In this document: piece by piece, positions 1 through 9,464 of the stretch | Layout: every line of letters starts with the position of its first letter | How positions within the stretch are numbered: the stretch's first letter is position 1 | NCBI GenBank assembly: GCA_964510085.1 | Contig: CAZEAB010000002.1 | Location: 35,567-99,566 of the forward strand | Source of the DNA: an uncultured Methanosarcinales archaeon | GTDB taxonomy: Archaea; Nanobdellota; Nanobdellia; Woesearchaeales; GW2011-AR9 | Direction of reading: 5' to 3' | DNA length: 64,000 nt | Program-made: the position numbers and the translations under genes | Notes under the pieces: model-generated | Told to the model about the DNA's origin: nothing | The model's database searches: none | What the model saw: only the letters and a program-made list of their open reading frames with translations

Positions 1-473
1 AGGGTTTAGAGAGAAAAAGAAAAGAGATAGAAGTTTCAATACCAGCAGGAGTAGAAAACGGCATGCGCTTACGAGTTCGAGGAGAAGGAGAAGTTGGTTC
101 ATCTGGTGGCCCTTCTGGAGACTTATTTGTTCACGTACATGTTAGTAATCATAAATATTTTGAACGACATGGCTCAGACTTACACATTACTGTACCAATT
201 TCATTCACACAAGCAACTCTTGGAGACGAAATAGAAATACCCCTTATTTCTGGAAAGAAAGCAGATTTAAAAATACCTTCGGGAACACAATCAGAAACTG
301 TATTTAGAATGCGTGGAAAAGGAATGCCTAATCTTAACAGTGGCCATGGAGATCAGATGGTAAAAGTTCATGTAGAAATCCCAACCAAGTTAACCAAGAA
401 ACAGAAAGAATTACTTAAACAGCTTGGTGAAAAGAAACCATCTGTAAGTTTTCTAAAAAAAATATTTGGGTAA
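1..473 (+). CDS. dnaJ: Chaperone DnaJ, C-terminal fragment; the gene starts upstream of the window
   Basis: The frame is open from base 3. The translation (…KRKEIEVSIPAGVENGMRLRVRGEGE…VFRMRGKGMP…) matches the DnaJ C-terminal substrate-binding and dimerisation region. The listed ORF 63..473 is the internal-Met part. Confidence 0.8.
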   Translation, partial: GLERKRKEIEVSIPAGVENGMRLRVRGEGEVGSSGGPSGDLFVHVHVSNHKYFERHGSDLHITVPISFTQATLGDEIEIPLISGKKADLKIPSGTQSETVFRMRGKGMPNLNSGHGDQMVKVHVEIPTKLTKKQKELLKQLGEKKPSVSFLKKIFG

Positions 474-731
474 TTATTTCTTAACTGCTTGATATACTCC
501 AGCTGCAATTGTTCCATACAAAACTGCTTGATATCCAAGATTACCAAGTAATATACCTGCTGCAGTTGCTTGTAATACAGTGCCACCAATTGCTCCTACT
601 ACTTTACCTGCTGTTGGAAATCTATCATTAAATGTTTCATGAATTGTTCTACTATTACCTACATCTCTACCTAAATCCATTCCTTTTCTTGGAACGTATG
701 TAATTCCATTTGCTATCTTTTCTAAATTCAT
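474..731 (-). CDS. Small Gly/Ala-rich (glycine-zipper-like) membrane protein, hypothetical
   Basis: 85 aa ORF with repeated GxxxG/AxxxG segments (VVGAIGGTVLQATAAGILLGNLGYQAVLYGTIAAG). It is weakly similar in composition to the paralog pair at 8027..8906. Confidence 0.4.
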   Translation of the reverse strand: MNLEKIANGITYVPRKGMDLGRDVGNSRTIHETFNDRFPTAGKVVGAIGGTVLQATAAGILLGNLGYQAVLYGTIAAGVYQAVKK

Positions 732-853
732 TTTATTCCCTCGTATTTCTATACTATTTCTAAACTCTTTTCTTTATAAACATTTCGGAACAAACACCAC
801 TCAAAAGTAACAAAAATAGAAAACTATATAAATCACTTCCTCTATAACACAAT

Positions 854-1837
854 ATGAAGAAACATATCACGGCATCTGTAAACATACTCAAAAAATTACA
901 ACATCCGTCAGGATTATTTTCAGCAGCGCCTAGCAACAATACAGGATATCATAGAGCGTGGATTAGAGATACAATCTATGAAGCACTGGCATTAGAAAAA
1001 CACGCTCCAAAAGCCGCTATTAAAGCGTACAGAGCACTTCTAGGCATCTTCTTGAAACACGAATATAAGATAGATTGGGCCATAAAAGAGAAACCAAATG
1101 CCGCGTTTAAATACATTCATGCACGATATCATCCAACGTCATTAGAAGAAATACACGAAGAATGGGGAAATAAACAAAATGATGCAATAGGCGCATTCTT
1201 ATTTCATGTAGGAAAACTTCCAGAAATCTTGCGAGATATTAATGACTTCAGAATCATACAAAAATTAGTTTTCTATCTCGGAAGGGTTGAATATTGGCAC
1301 GATACTGACAATGGAATATGGGAAGAATATGAAGAAATACATGCTTCTTCAGTAGGAGCATGTGTAGCAGGATTAAAAGCTGTTCAAAATCTTGTATATG
1401 TTCCAGAAGAATACATCACAAAAGGACAAGAAACACTAAATTGGTTACTCCCAAGAGAGTCTGTTACAAAAGATGTAGATCTTGCATTATTATCATTAAT
1501 ATATCCTTACAATATTGTATCTGAAAAACAAGCAGAACAAATTCTTCATAATGTTGAAACAAAATTAGTTCGAGAAAAAGGAGTTATTCGATATGAAAAT
1601 GATGCATATTACAACGACAATGGAGAAGCACAATGGACGTTTGGATTTCCGTGGTTAGCAATTATTCATAAACAACAGGGAAATTCTGTAAAACATCAAG
1701 AATATCTTCAGAAAACAATTTCAATATTAACTAAAGAAAGTGAATTGCCAGAACTCTATTTATCAGAATCACAATTACCTAACGAAAATACACCTCTTGG
1801 CTGGAGTCAAGGTATGTTCTTGCTTGCATTAGAATAG
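854..1837 (+). CDS. GH15-family glycoside hydrolase (glucoamylase / glucodextranase / trehalase-like)
   Basis: 327 aa. It carries the GYHRAWIRDT and GIWEEYEE motifs typical of the GH15 catalytic (alpha/alpha)6 domain. Confidence 0.6.
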   Translation: MKKHITASVNILKKLQHPSGLFSAAPSNNTGYHRAWIRDTIYEALALEKHAPKAAIKAYRALLGIFLKHEYKIDWAIKEKPNAAFKYIHARYHPTSLEEIHEEWGNKQNDAIGAFLFHVGKLPEILRDINDFRIIQKLVFYLGRVEYWHDTDNGIWEEYEEIHASSVGACVAGLKAVQNLVYVPEEYITKGQETLNWLLPRESVTKDVDLALLSLIYPYNIVSEKQAEQILHNVETKLVREKGVIRYENDAYYNDNGEAQWTFGFPWLAIIHKQQGNSVKHQEYLQKTISILTKESELPELYLSESQLPNENTPLGWSQGMFLLALE

Positions 1838-2194
1838 TCAATGAAGTTCCATTCTTTCAATAGAGATATACTCTTTTGACGGTTTTATTGTTAATGTAGT
1901 GTTATAAAGAAGGTCAATACCAACTAAACTCAAATCAGAGTCAGATTCAATAATCAAAACTTTCTCCATTTTTCCTAACCATTGCATTTCAGTTTTATAT
2001 ACATTACATTCCTGACTTTGTCCATTTGCAAGAATATACCCACTGGTTGCAATTGGTCTTAGATGTAGCTTTCGTATTGTTTCTTTTGGTAACATTAACA
2101 TTCCATTAAACCCAGTATCAACAACCGCTTCAATTTCAATTTTCTGAATTGAGAATGTTACAAATGGCAAACCAAAAAGAAATCGTGTTTTCAT
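1838..2194 (-). CDS. Retropepsin-like (clan AA) aspartic protease
   Basis: 118 aa with a D-T-G-F active-site motif (VVDTGFNGMLMLP) and a size typical of single-domain retropepsin-like proteases. The start abuts (ATGA-type junction) the small ORF upstream. Confidence 0.55.
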   Translation of the reverse strand: MKTRFLFGLPFVTFSIQKIEIEAVVDTGFNGMLMLPKETIRKLHLRPIATSGYILANGQSQECNVYKTEMQWLGKMEKVLIIESDSDLSLVGIDLLYNTTLTIKPSKEYISIERMELH

Positions 2195-2412
2195 TCGATA
2201 ATTATTCCTACAACATATGCTGTTTTTACACCAACTCTTTTTAGAAAGAATTTTCGATGTGGGTGTTTCTTTTGAGCTTTCTCAATGGCATCAATAGATC
2301 TCTTAGCAACAAAATACTCCCCACTTTCTTCTTCAATTGCAACAACCTGGCCAACCTTATCTTTTAACTTTTTCTCAATATTGTACCATAATTCTTCTAT
2401 TTTTGTGTTCAT
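2191..2412 (-). CDS. Small hypothetical protein, putative partner of the retropepsin-like protease
   Basis: 73 aa ORF in the same orientation, overlapping the protease start by 4 nt (operon-like). No family was recognised. Confidence 0.4.
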   Translation of the reverse strand: MNTKIEELWYNIEKKLKDKVGQVVAIEEESGEYFVAKRSIDAIEKAQKKHPHRKFFLKRVGVKTAYVVGIIIE

Positions 2413-2485
2413 GTTTCTGTAATCACTTCAATTAATATAAATATTTCTATTAATTAAACAAAACTATTATAAATTAGGCCACAAT

Positions 2486-2791
2486 ATGCCCTCTATGGCT
2501 AGACCAAAATTCAAACAACGGTGTGCTCTCTGTAAAGAGAACATGGTAATAATGTATTCTCATAGACAATTCCCTAAATGTGTAGATTGTCACATGAAAG
2601 AAATTAACAAGCCAGTTACTGATAAGAAATACAAGAAACTTCTCGACATTCCAGAAGAATTATACCGAAAATCCTCATTTTTACGTAATATTAAATCAGC
2701 CTATCTTCGATTTGATAACTTAACAGAAAATCAAGTAACTGCATTTAAGAAGACAATCAAAGATCTTCAAGAAGATAAAAAGGAAGAATAA
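2486..2791 (+). CDS. Zinc-ribbon (CxxC…CxxC) basic protein, hypothetical
   Basis: 101 aa with CALCKE…CVDCH Cys pairs and a lysine-rich tail. Confidence 0.4.
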   Translation: MPSMARPKFKQRCALCKENMVIMYSHRQFPKCVDCHMKEINKPVTDKKYKKLLDIPEELYRKSSFLRNIKSAYLRFDNLTENQVTAFKKTIKDLQEDKKEE

Positions 2792-2811
2792 GCTTAATTT
2801 CTAACCAAAAG

Positions 2812-2825
2812 CCTTATAAATAACC
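2812..2825 (+). promoter_or_regulatory. Archaeal TATA-like box upstream of the uL1 cluster
   Basis: 'ccttataaataacc' lies about 50 nt upstream of the uL1 ATG. It is followed by a GGAGG Shine-Dalgarno-like element at 2864..2868. The same 'ccttataaat' box recurs before eS17, aIF2-gamma and nnr. Confidence 0.4.
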
Positions 2826-2874
2826 TCTATCCCCATTGAATAACCGTTTGAACTACCAGTGGTAGGAGGAAATA

Positions 2875-3513
2875 ATGAATAAAGAAGAAATACAAAAAGC
2901 ATTAGAACAACTCAAAGCGCAACCTAAGCGTAAATTCTCACAATCATATGACTTAATCATTAATTTAAAGAACCTCGTTATTAAAACAAGTCCAGTAGAC
3001 TTCTTCGTAACATTACACTACCCAAAAGGAAAACAAGTGAAAGTAGCAGCATTCGTTGGTACTCAATTACATGATCAAGCAAAACAATTCTGTGACCTTG
3101 CTATTAGCGAGACAGACTTTGCAAAATATTCTGATAAAAAAGAACTTAAAAAACTAGCTGATTCATATGACTACTTTATTGCACAAGCAAATCTGATGCC
3201 AAAAGTGGCTCAAGCGTTTGGTAAAGTTCTAGGAATAAAAGGAAAGATGCCAAATCCAAAATTAGGATGTGTAGTTCCACCAAATGCAAACTTAGAACCA
3301 TTAGTAAAGAGATTAAACTTATCAGTACGAATGCAAGCAAAGAAAGCAACAAACTTACAGTGTATGGTCGGAAAAGAAGACCAGCCAGACGCAGAGATTA
3401 TAGATAACATTCTTACAGTATACAATGCAACATTAAAACAATTACCAAATGAAATTCAAAACGTGAAAAACGTTGTATTAAAAACAACAATGGGAAAACC
3501 GGTGAAGTTATAA
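2875..3513 (+). CDS. rpl1: 50S ribosomal protein uL1
   Basis: 212 aa. The N-terminus (MNKEEIQKALEQLKAQPKRKFSQSYDLIINLKNL) and the overall sequence are typical of archaeal L1. Confidence 0.9.
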   Translation: MNKEEIQKALEQLKAQPKRKFSQSYDLIINLKNLVIKTSPVDFFVTLHYPKGKQVKVAAFVGTQLHDQAKQFCDLAISETDFAKYSDKKELKKLADSYDYFIAQANLMPKVAQAFGKVLGIKGKMPNPKLGCVVPPNANLEPLVKRLNLSVRMQAKKATNLQCMVGKEDQPDAEIIDNILTVYNATLKQLPNEIQNVKNVVLKTTMGKPVKL

Positions 3514-4352
3514 TGCCATCACAACAAAAGAAGGATCTTGTACAAAAGTTGATTGCACAGATTAAAGAATATCCTATTGTTGGTCTTGTAAACATGGAAA
3601 GTCTTCCAGCACAGCAATTACAGAAGATGCGTGCAATGTTACGAGGTAAAGATGTTCAAATAGTTATGACACGAAAGAAATTAATTGTTCGTGCTTTAAC
3701 AGAATCAGGAAAAGAAAATATTGCAGCACTTACAGAAAAAGTAAAAGGAATGCCTGCATTACTGTTTTCAAAAGATAACCCATTTACACTTAACGCAATC
3801 ATCCAAAAGAACAAATCAGCGGCTCCCGCAAAAGCTGGGCAAGTACTTCCAAATGACGTAGAAGTAAAAGCAGGCCCAACAAACTTTGCGCCGGGACCAA
3901 TTATCTCTGAATTGGCATCAGTTGGAATTAAAACAAAAGTTGAAGACGGAAAATTAGCTATTATTGCTGATACTACTGTTGCAAAGGAAGGCGATGTTGT
4001 CTCTCCGAAATTAGCAGAAACATTAAAACGTCTTGATATACAACCGATGGAGATTGGGTTAGATCTAGTTGCAGTATGGGAGAATGGTTTAGTCTTCAAT
4101 GCAAAGCAACTTCACATAGATGAACAAGAGTATGTACAGAAAATTACACAAGCAGCTCAGTGGGCAGTTAATTTAGCAATTGAATCTGCGTATCCTACAG
4201 CTGATACAACTGAATTACTCTTACAAAAAGCGTTTAGAGAAGCAAAAACGCTTGGTCTTGAACAGAACATAATCAATGACGTTACTAGGGACGATATCCT
4301 GGCAAAAGCAGACCGACAAGCTCAGTCTGTGAAGAATGAAGCAAAATTATAG
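3513..4352 (+). CDS. rpl10: 50S ribosomal protein uL10 (acidic ribosomal protein P0)
   Basis: 279 aa with an archaeal P0 architecture (L10 domain plus extension). The start overlaps the uL1 stop. Confidence 0.9.
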   Translation: MPSQQKKDLVQKLIAQIKEYPIVGLVNMESLPAQQLQKMRAMLRGKDVQIVMTRKKLIVRALTESGKENIAALTEKVKGMPALLFSKDNPFTLNAIIQKNKSAAPAKAGQVLPNDVEVKAGPTNFAPGPIISELASVGIKTKVEDGKLAIIADTTVAKEGDVVSPKLAETLKRLDIQPMEIGLDLVAVWENGLVFNAKQLHIDEQEYVQKITQAAQWAVNLAIESAYPTADTTELLLQKAFREAKTLGLEQNIINDVTRDDILAKADRQAQSVKNEAKL

Positions 4353-4368
4353 ACGGAGGACGTAAAAA

Positions 4369-4680
4369 ATGGAATACATTTACGCAGCAATGTTGCTCCA
4401 CAAAGCGGGAAAAGACGTGACAGAAGACGCAGTTAAAGCTGTTTTAACAGCAGCTGGTGTAACTGTCGATGAAGCACGTGTGAAAGCACTCGTTGCAGCT
4501 CTTCAAGGTGTAAACATTGATGAAGCAATCGAGAAAGCAGCAGCAGTAGCACCTGTTGCCGCAGCAGCAGCTCCAGCAGCTGGTGGAGAAACCAAAGAGG
4601 AAAAGAAAGAGGAGAAGAAAGAAGATAACCAAAAAGCAGAAGCATCTGCAGCAGCAGGTCTTGGTGCATTATTTGGATAA
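4369..4680 (+). CDS. rpl12: 50S ribosomal stalk protein P1 (aL12)
   Basis: 103 aa. It has an Ala-rich hinge, a [11 protein letters not shown] acidic/basic region and the conserved C-terminal GLGALFG stalk-protein tail. Confidence 0.9.
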   Translation: MEYIYAAMLLHKAGKDVTEDAVKAVLTAAGVTVDEARVKALVAALQGVNIDEAIEKAAAVAPVAAAAAPAAGGETKEEKKEEKKEDNQKAEASAAAGLGALFG

Positions 4681-4710
4681 ATCTTTTTTTTTCTCTTTTC
4701 TCTTTTTCAT
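4681..4710 (+). terminator. Oligo-T tract, archaeal-type terminator after the ribosomal cluster
   Basis: 'atcttttttttttctcttttctctttttc' lies immediately after the P1 stop. Confidence 0.35.
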
Positions 4711-4726
4711 AATTACGTGATCGTAC

Positions 4727-5569
4727 ATGACTGATAATGCAGAACTACGAAAAGAATTTGAAGGAAAAAGGAAAGAATTACACTCACTACTTTCTAAAAT
4801 AAAATCAATTAATACTGAGAAGGAAGATATTTATCGACAAATCCGTTCTATTCGAGATAAAATAAAAGATCGTTCTCTCAAAATTCAAACATACAAAGAA
4901 GAACGTGATTCTCTTACAAAAGAAGTAAAAGGCCTTAAGAAAGAGAGAGAGAAACTAAACCTAGATGTTAAACAGAAAGCATCAACAAAAAAAGAAGTAA
5001 CCGAAAGAACTCCATATACTCCAAGAGCAAATCCTGGTAGAATTAAAGCAGAGATCCGTAATTTAGAAGAAAAAATAGAAACCGAAGTAATGCCATTTAA
5101 CAAAGAACAACAATTACGTAAACAAATCAAAGAATTACAATCACAACTTAAAGAAATTGAGAAACACAATAAGGCAGTAAGTGAACAGAAATCTTCATCA
5201 TCTGACTTTGCAAAAGTACGAAAACAAGCACAAGAATCGCATAAACTCGTACAAGAAAAAGCACAAGCATCTCAAGAGAAGCACGAAAGTATGAATAAAT
5301 TGTATGAAGAAATACGAAAATATCGTGATGAAGAAAAACCTCTTGCACAAAAATATCTTGAAATGAAAAAAGAGTATTTGGCACTTAAAAAAACAGTAGA
5401 AGAATTACAAGCTCGTGTAAAAGAATTAAGCGAATTATTTAAAGACACAGATACTAAAAACTATAAACAAAGAGTCAAAGAAAAAACAGCTGAAGTTTCT
5501 GAAAAAATCAAGAAAGGAAAGAAGCTTAGTACTGAAGATATTCTAGCGTTTCAAGCGAGTAAGGATTAG
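4727..5569 (+). CDS. K/E-rich coiled-coil protein, hypothetical
   Basis: 280 aa. Heptad-like charged repeats run through the whole protein. No catalytic motif was found. Confidence 0.4.
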   Translation: MTDNAELRKEFEGKRKELHSLLSKIKSINTEKEDIYRQIRSIRDKIKDRSLKIQTYKEERDSLTKEVKGLKKEREKLNLDVKQKASTKKEVTERTPYTPRANPGRIKAEIRNLEEKIETEVMPFNKEQQLRKQIKELQSQLKEIEKHNKAVSEQKSSSSDFAKVRKQAQESHKLVQEKAQASQEKHESMNKLYEEIRKYRDEEKPLAQKYLEMKKEYLALKKTVEELQARVKELSELFKDTDTKNYKQRVKEKTAEVSEKIKKGKKLSTEDILAFQASKD

Positions 5570-5571
5570 GG

Positions 5572-6138
5572 TCAAATCTGTTCTAACAAATCTGCCTTAC
5601 TAACAACGCCCTTCACATCTCCTTTCTCTGCAACTAATAGAATAGCATAATTCTTCAATAATTCTGAAAGTGACCTAAACCCCATACTTAAAGAAACAAT
5701 CGGAGGAGCGTCATCCATAATATCTCCTGCTTTCAAATTCTCAGCACTACCTGGCTGTGTAAGAACTTTATTCAAAATAACTCTCTCCGTAATAATGCCA
5801 CATACTTTCTCACCAGACATAACTGGAACTTGAGAAATACCCTTACTTTTCATAATCTTAACAACATCTTTTAGAGAATCTTGTACATTGACAAAACTGA
5901 TTTTCTTACTCATAATCTGCTTAGCTTTCAACTCATCTCGCTGTTGTAACCTCTCAAGAGCTTGAAATATGCTTCTTGCTTTCGTATATGTTGGATCTAC
6001 TTGACCAGATTCAATCTTCGCAATAAGACTCTGTGAAACTCCCGCAGCAATAGCTAAATCATGTTGATTAAGTCCATGCTTCTTCCTAAGTTTTTTAATT
6101 TCTTCTATATTATTCATTATAGAGGATAAAAACCACAT
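5572..6138 (-). CDS. XRE-type HTH transcriptional regulator with a CBS-domain pair
   Basis: The N-terminal HTH (LNQHDLAIAAGVSQSLIAKIESG) is followed by two CBS-like modules. The likely true start is the internal Met at 6117 (MNNIEEIKKL). Confidence 0.6.
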   Translation of the reverse strand: MWFLSSIMNNIEEIKKLRKKHGLNQHDLAIAAGVSQSLIAKIESGQVDPTYTKARSIFQALERLQQRDELKAKQIMSKKISFVNVQDSLKDVVKIMKSKGISQVPVMSGEKVCGIITERVILNKVLTQPGSAENLKAGDIMDDAPPIVSLSMGFRSLSELLKNYAILLVAEKGDVKGVVSKADLLEQI

Positions 6139-6240
6139 TCATTAATAAATCTTTTGTGTAAAATATTCTTATATGAATAATCTTGTCAAGAGTGTTTATA
6201 TAGAGAAATGGATAAAATAACTGAATTGGGAGGCATGTAA

Positions 6241-6696
6241 ATGGGAGAATTAACAAATACAATACTTGAATATGATACAAACAAAATAAGAGACCTTGGG
6301 TGGGATAGTGGCAAACATATTGGAAGATCTGTGCTTGCTGAGGTAGGTATAGCCGTAATTAAAGAAGATAAGCGGGTTAAAGAAGAAGGGAAATACTCAC
6401 AACCACAATTATCCTCACATGAAGTAGTATATGGATTACGTGTGGCAATGGAATTAAGTTTTGGTGAACTTGAAAGAGACGTAAGACTTATGGCTAATCG
6501 TTATAATAAAGCTGCTAATCATGGAAGCCAAATTCATGGTGTTAAGTATTGGGACAGAGATGCAAGCAGAAAAGCAAACGAAGGAAATGATGATAGAGGT
6601 TCTCATGTACGAGTCTACTCTCACTTAGTATTAGATGAACATTACAAAATAGAGAAAACGCCTGCTAGGAGAGATGTAGAGTTAAAAGTAGCATAG
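6241..6696 (+). CDS. Hypothetical protein
   Basis: 151 aa ORF with a GGAGG-like element upstream. No recognisable family. Confidence 0.35.
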   Translation: MGELTNTILEYDTNKIRDLGWDSGKHIGRSVLAEVGIAVIKEDKRVKEEGKYSQPQLSSHEVVYGLRVAMELSFGELERDVRLMANRYNKAANHGSQIHGVKYWDRDASRKANEGNDDRGSHVRVYSHLVLDEHYKIEKTPARRDVELKVA

Positions 6697-6756
6697 ACTC
6701 TAGCACCATAAACTACTAAAATGATTACAATTAAAATTGAAGCGAGGTAAATAAAA

Positions 6757-7995
6757 ATGACAGATAAAAACCACTTTTTTACATCAGAAAGCGTTTCAGA
6801 AGGTCACCCAGATAAAATATGTGACCAAATCTCAGACGCTATCTTAGATGCAATGATCAAAGACGACCCAACAAGTAGGGTTGCAGTAGAATGTTTTACG
6901 AAAACAGGCTTTGTTGTAGTCGGTGGGGAAGTGAAAACAAACACCTACGTAAACATACAAGAAATAGCACGAAAAACAATCCTAGACATAGGATATAACA
7001 AACCAGAATTTGGATTTGAAGGCTCAACATGCGGAGTTCTTGTAGCAATATCAGAACAATCTCCAGACATCGCACAAGGCGTTGACGAAGGAACAGGATT
7101 ACATCAAGAACAAGGAGCAGGAGACCAAGGATTAATGTTTGGATATGCATGTGACGAAACGCCAGAACTAATGCCACTATCCGCAATTCTATCTCATAAA
7201 CTAGTACAAAGACTAGCAAGTATTAGAAAGCGAGGAGAACTATGGTACTTACGACCAGATTCAAAGTCTCAAGTAACTGTTGAATACGAAAACGGCAAAG
7301 TAAAACGAGTAGATGCTGTAGTCATCTCAACACAACATCATCCAGATGTAGACCTAGAAACAATTCGAAAAGATATGATTGAACGAGTTGTAAAACCAAT
7401 TTGCCATGATTACATTGATGAGAATACAAAATACTTCATCAACCCAACCGGCAAATTCGTAATAGGTGGACCTGTAGGAGATGCGGGTTTAACAGGACGA
7501 AAAATCATCGTTGACACATATGGTGGACACGGACGTCATGGTGGCGGTTGTTTCTCTGGAAAAGATCCTAGTAAGGTAGATCGTTCAGGTGCATATTATG
7601 CTCGGTATGTTGCAAAGAACATCGTAGCAGCAGGTCTCGCAACAAAATGTGAGGTACAAGTAGCATATGCAATTGGAGTAGCAGACCCGGTTTCCATATT
7701 AATAGAAACATTTGGTACAGAAACAATTCCAAATGCCAAGATAGTGGAACTAGTAAAACAACACTTTGACTTCAAACCAAAAGCAATGATAGAGCAGTTA
7801 AACTTACGACGACCGATCTATCAGAAAACTGCTGCATACGGACATTTTGGACGAAATGATCCAGATTTCACGTGGGAGAAAACAGATAAAGCAGAATTGT
7901 TAAAACAAGAATCAAATACACCACCACAAACTGCTACTGAAGAACCACAAGAAGTTGATGGAGACGTTCCGCCTCCGTTATATCAAAGTTATTGA
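6757..7995 (+). CDS. metK: S-adenosylmethionine synthetase, bacterial/eukaryal MetK type
   Basis: 412 aa. It carries the hallmark MetK motifs GHPDK, GAGDQG and the glycine-rich loop (GGGAFSGKD-like: GGGCFSGKD). An approximately 30 aa acidic/Pro-rich C-terminal extension is present. Confidence 0.9.
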   Translation: MTDKNHFFTSESVSEGHPDKICDQISDAILDAMIKDDPTSRVAVECFTKTGFVVVGGEVKTNTYVNIQEIARKTILDIGYNKPEFGFEGSTCGVLVAISEQSPDIAQGVDEGTGLHQEQGAGDQGLMFGYACDETPELMPLSAILSHKLVQRLASIRKRGELWYLRPDSKSQVTVEYENGKVKRVDAVVISTQHHPDVDLETIRKDMIERVVKPICHDYIDENTKYFINPTGKFVIGGPVGDAGLTGRKIIVDTYGGHGRHGGGCFSGKDPSKVDRSGAYYARYVAKNIVAAGLATKCEVQVAYAIGVADPVSILIETFGTETIPNAKIVELVKQHFDFKPKAMIEQLNLRRPIYQKTAAYGHFGRNDPDFTWEKTDKAELLKQESNTPPQTATEEPQEVDGDVPPPLYQSY

Positions 7996-8026
7996 ATAAG
8001 GGAATAATCTATTTTTAATTTATTTT

Positions 8027-8428
8027 TTATACATTTCTTCCTAAACCCATCAAAGCAGTTAAACCGCCAGCAAACATAGCTCCATATTCTGCAGTTTGAT
8101 AATTAGTTGCGTGATTTAATGTATCTCCAATACTCTGAACAAAATTAATACCACCCTGATAATCGCCAACAGCGTGACCTACAACGCCTCCAAGAATGGA
8201 CGCTAAACCAACTTTAGCCCAAGTTCGAGCCATTCTATTTGGAACTCTATTCATCTGTTGTGCAGCATAAGAAACAGCTCCAGTTGTTCCAAGAACGTCT
8301 GCAGCTAAATGTGCATTCTCTCCAATAGAGGGATTAACTTCTCCAGCAACGTACGCAGCTAATTGTGATAAACCTACAACTATCCCACCTACAACTAAAG
8401 AATTAACACCTGGATTTCCTTGTGACAT
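8027..8428 (-). CDS. Gly/Ala-rich glycine-zipper protein, paralog B; hypothetical
   Basis: 133 aa. It shares the VGHAVGDYQGG…SIGDTLNHATN block with the upstream paralog and is 1 nt downstream of it. Local GC is higher than in the surroundings. Confidence 0.4.
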   Translation of the reverse strand: MSQGNPGVNSLVVGGIVVGLSQLAAYVAGEVNPSIGENAHLAADVLGTTGAVSYAAQQMNRVPNRMARTWAKVGLASILGGVVGHAVGDYQGGINFVQSIGDTLNHATNYQTAEYGAMFAGGLTALMGLGRNV

Positions 8429-8429
8429 T

Positions 8430-8906
8430 TTATGGCCCCGGTATTGGTGGAGTTGTTCCTCTCCAACTTTGATACGCCCACTTTGCTGGTAATGCTAATC
8501 CACCCGCAATTGCACTTGCAGCAGTTGTATGATCTTCAGTAACTGCATTAGTTACATCTGCAATACTGGTCAATGTATCAACGGATCCATCATATCCTCC
8601 AACAGTATGTCCTACTAATGCCGCTAATGCTGCTGAACCAAGACACAATACTGCATCTCTTACTCTATGCCAATCATTGTCAGTTCTCGGACCGACTTGT
8701 GATAAAGCATAACCAACACCTACTGCTGGTGCTGCTACATCTGTACCATAATCTACAAAATCAGCAATGCTTGGATCCCCAATAACATTTGAAGTAATTC
8801 TACCTGCTAATTTAATGCCACCATAAGCCAAAGCTCCTAAAACTGGACCTCGTAAATCTCTTGTATCTCGTACAGCTTCTGCTGCATTTCTAATATAGTT
8901 TCTCAT
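8430..8906 (-). CDS. Gly/Ala-rich glycine-zipper protein, paralog A; hypothetical
   Basis: 158 aa. The homologous segment is VGHTVGGYDGSVDTLTSIADVTNAVT. It forms a tandem pair with 8027..8428. Confidence 0.4.
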   Translation of the reverse strand: MRNYIRNAAEAVRDTRDLRGPVLGALAYGGIKLAGRITSNVIGDPSIADFVDYGTDVAAPAVGVGYALSQVGPRTDNDWHRVRDAVLCLGSAALAALVGHTVGGYDGSVDTLTSIADVTNAVTEDHTTAASAIAGGLALPAKWAYQSWRGTTPPIPGP

Positions 8907-8967
8907 ACAAAGAAAATGGAGTTACTAGTATATAAATGTTGCGGAAAGTAACTACTTTAAAGTAGCA

Positions 8968-9420
8968 CTATCTCTTCCCTTTTTTCTCAACTTCACGAAG
9001 CCACATTAAACCAATTCGAATCATTAACTTATTGAACTTATCAGAAATCTTATACGTTTTCTTATACAAATCATACTCAATCATCCCCATACCTCTCATG
9101 GGTGTAAGAATACGATCATAAAATTGTCGTTTATTATAAGAAATACGGACCTCTTTCTGCAAAGGAGATCTTCCCTGCTCTTTCACGACAGCTTTACCCT
9201 CATGTAATGCCGTTGCAAACATACTCATTTCAGTCTTCCCAATCTCTCCACCATTCTCCCACATATATTTAATAAGCATCTTCCCCACAACTTCCTGTTG
9301 CTCAGTAGCAAAAATTACTTTAAATACGTCCTCTGGCAAATTAAATTGGTCTACAAGAATAACCATACAACCAGAAATGTAATTTATTATATAAATATTA
9401 CGTAAAGGTATACTGGCCAA
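8968..9420 (-). CDS. Hypothetical protein
   Basis: 150 aa ORF. No motif was recognised. Confidence 0.3.
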   Translation of the reverse strand: MASIPLRNIYIINYISGCMVILVDQFNLPEDVFKVIFATEQQEVVGKMLIKYMWENGGEIGKTEMSMFATALHEGKAVVKEQGRSPLQKEVRISYNKRQFYDRILTPMRGMGMIEYDLYKKTYKISDKFNKLMIRIGLMWLREVEKKGKR

Positions 9421-9433
9421 TTCCTTCCAAAAA

Positions 9434-9444
9434 CCTTATAAATG
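9434..9444 (+). promoter_or_regulatory. TATA-like box upstream of eS17
   Basis: 'ccttataaatg' lies about 25 nt upstream of the ATG at 9465, a leaderless-like geometry. Confidence 0.4.
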
Positions 9445-9464
9445 AGTGATAAACCCAATTAAAC

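Noticed and set aside
2486-2791. uL11 gene expected upstream of uL1
   Set aside because: The ORF in that position encodes a Cys-pair zinc-ribbon protein with no similarity to L11 (no conserved Pro-rich N-terminal domain). L11 is evidently encoded elsewhere.
4433-4669. Two minus-strand ORFs (78 and 62 aa) antisense to the P1/L12 gene
   Set aside because: These are shadow ORFs produced by the Ala/Lys/Glu-rich repetitive coding sequence of the stalk protein. They are Leu- and Cys/Phe-rich low-complexity translations.
6896-7219. 107-aa ORF on the minus strand inside metK
   Set aside because: It lies entirely antisense within a well-supported, conserved MetK coding region. It is Leu/Val-rich in composition typical of a shadow ORF.
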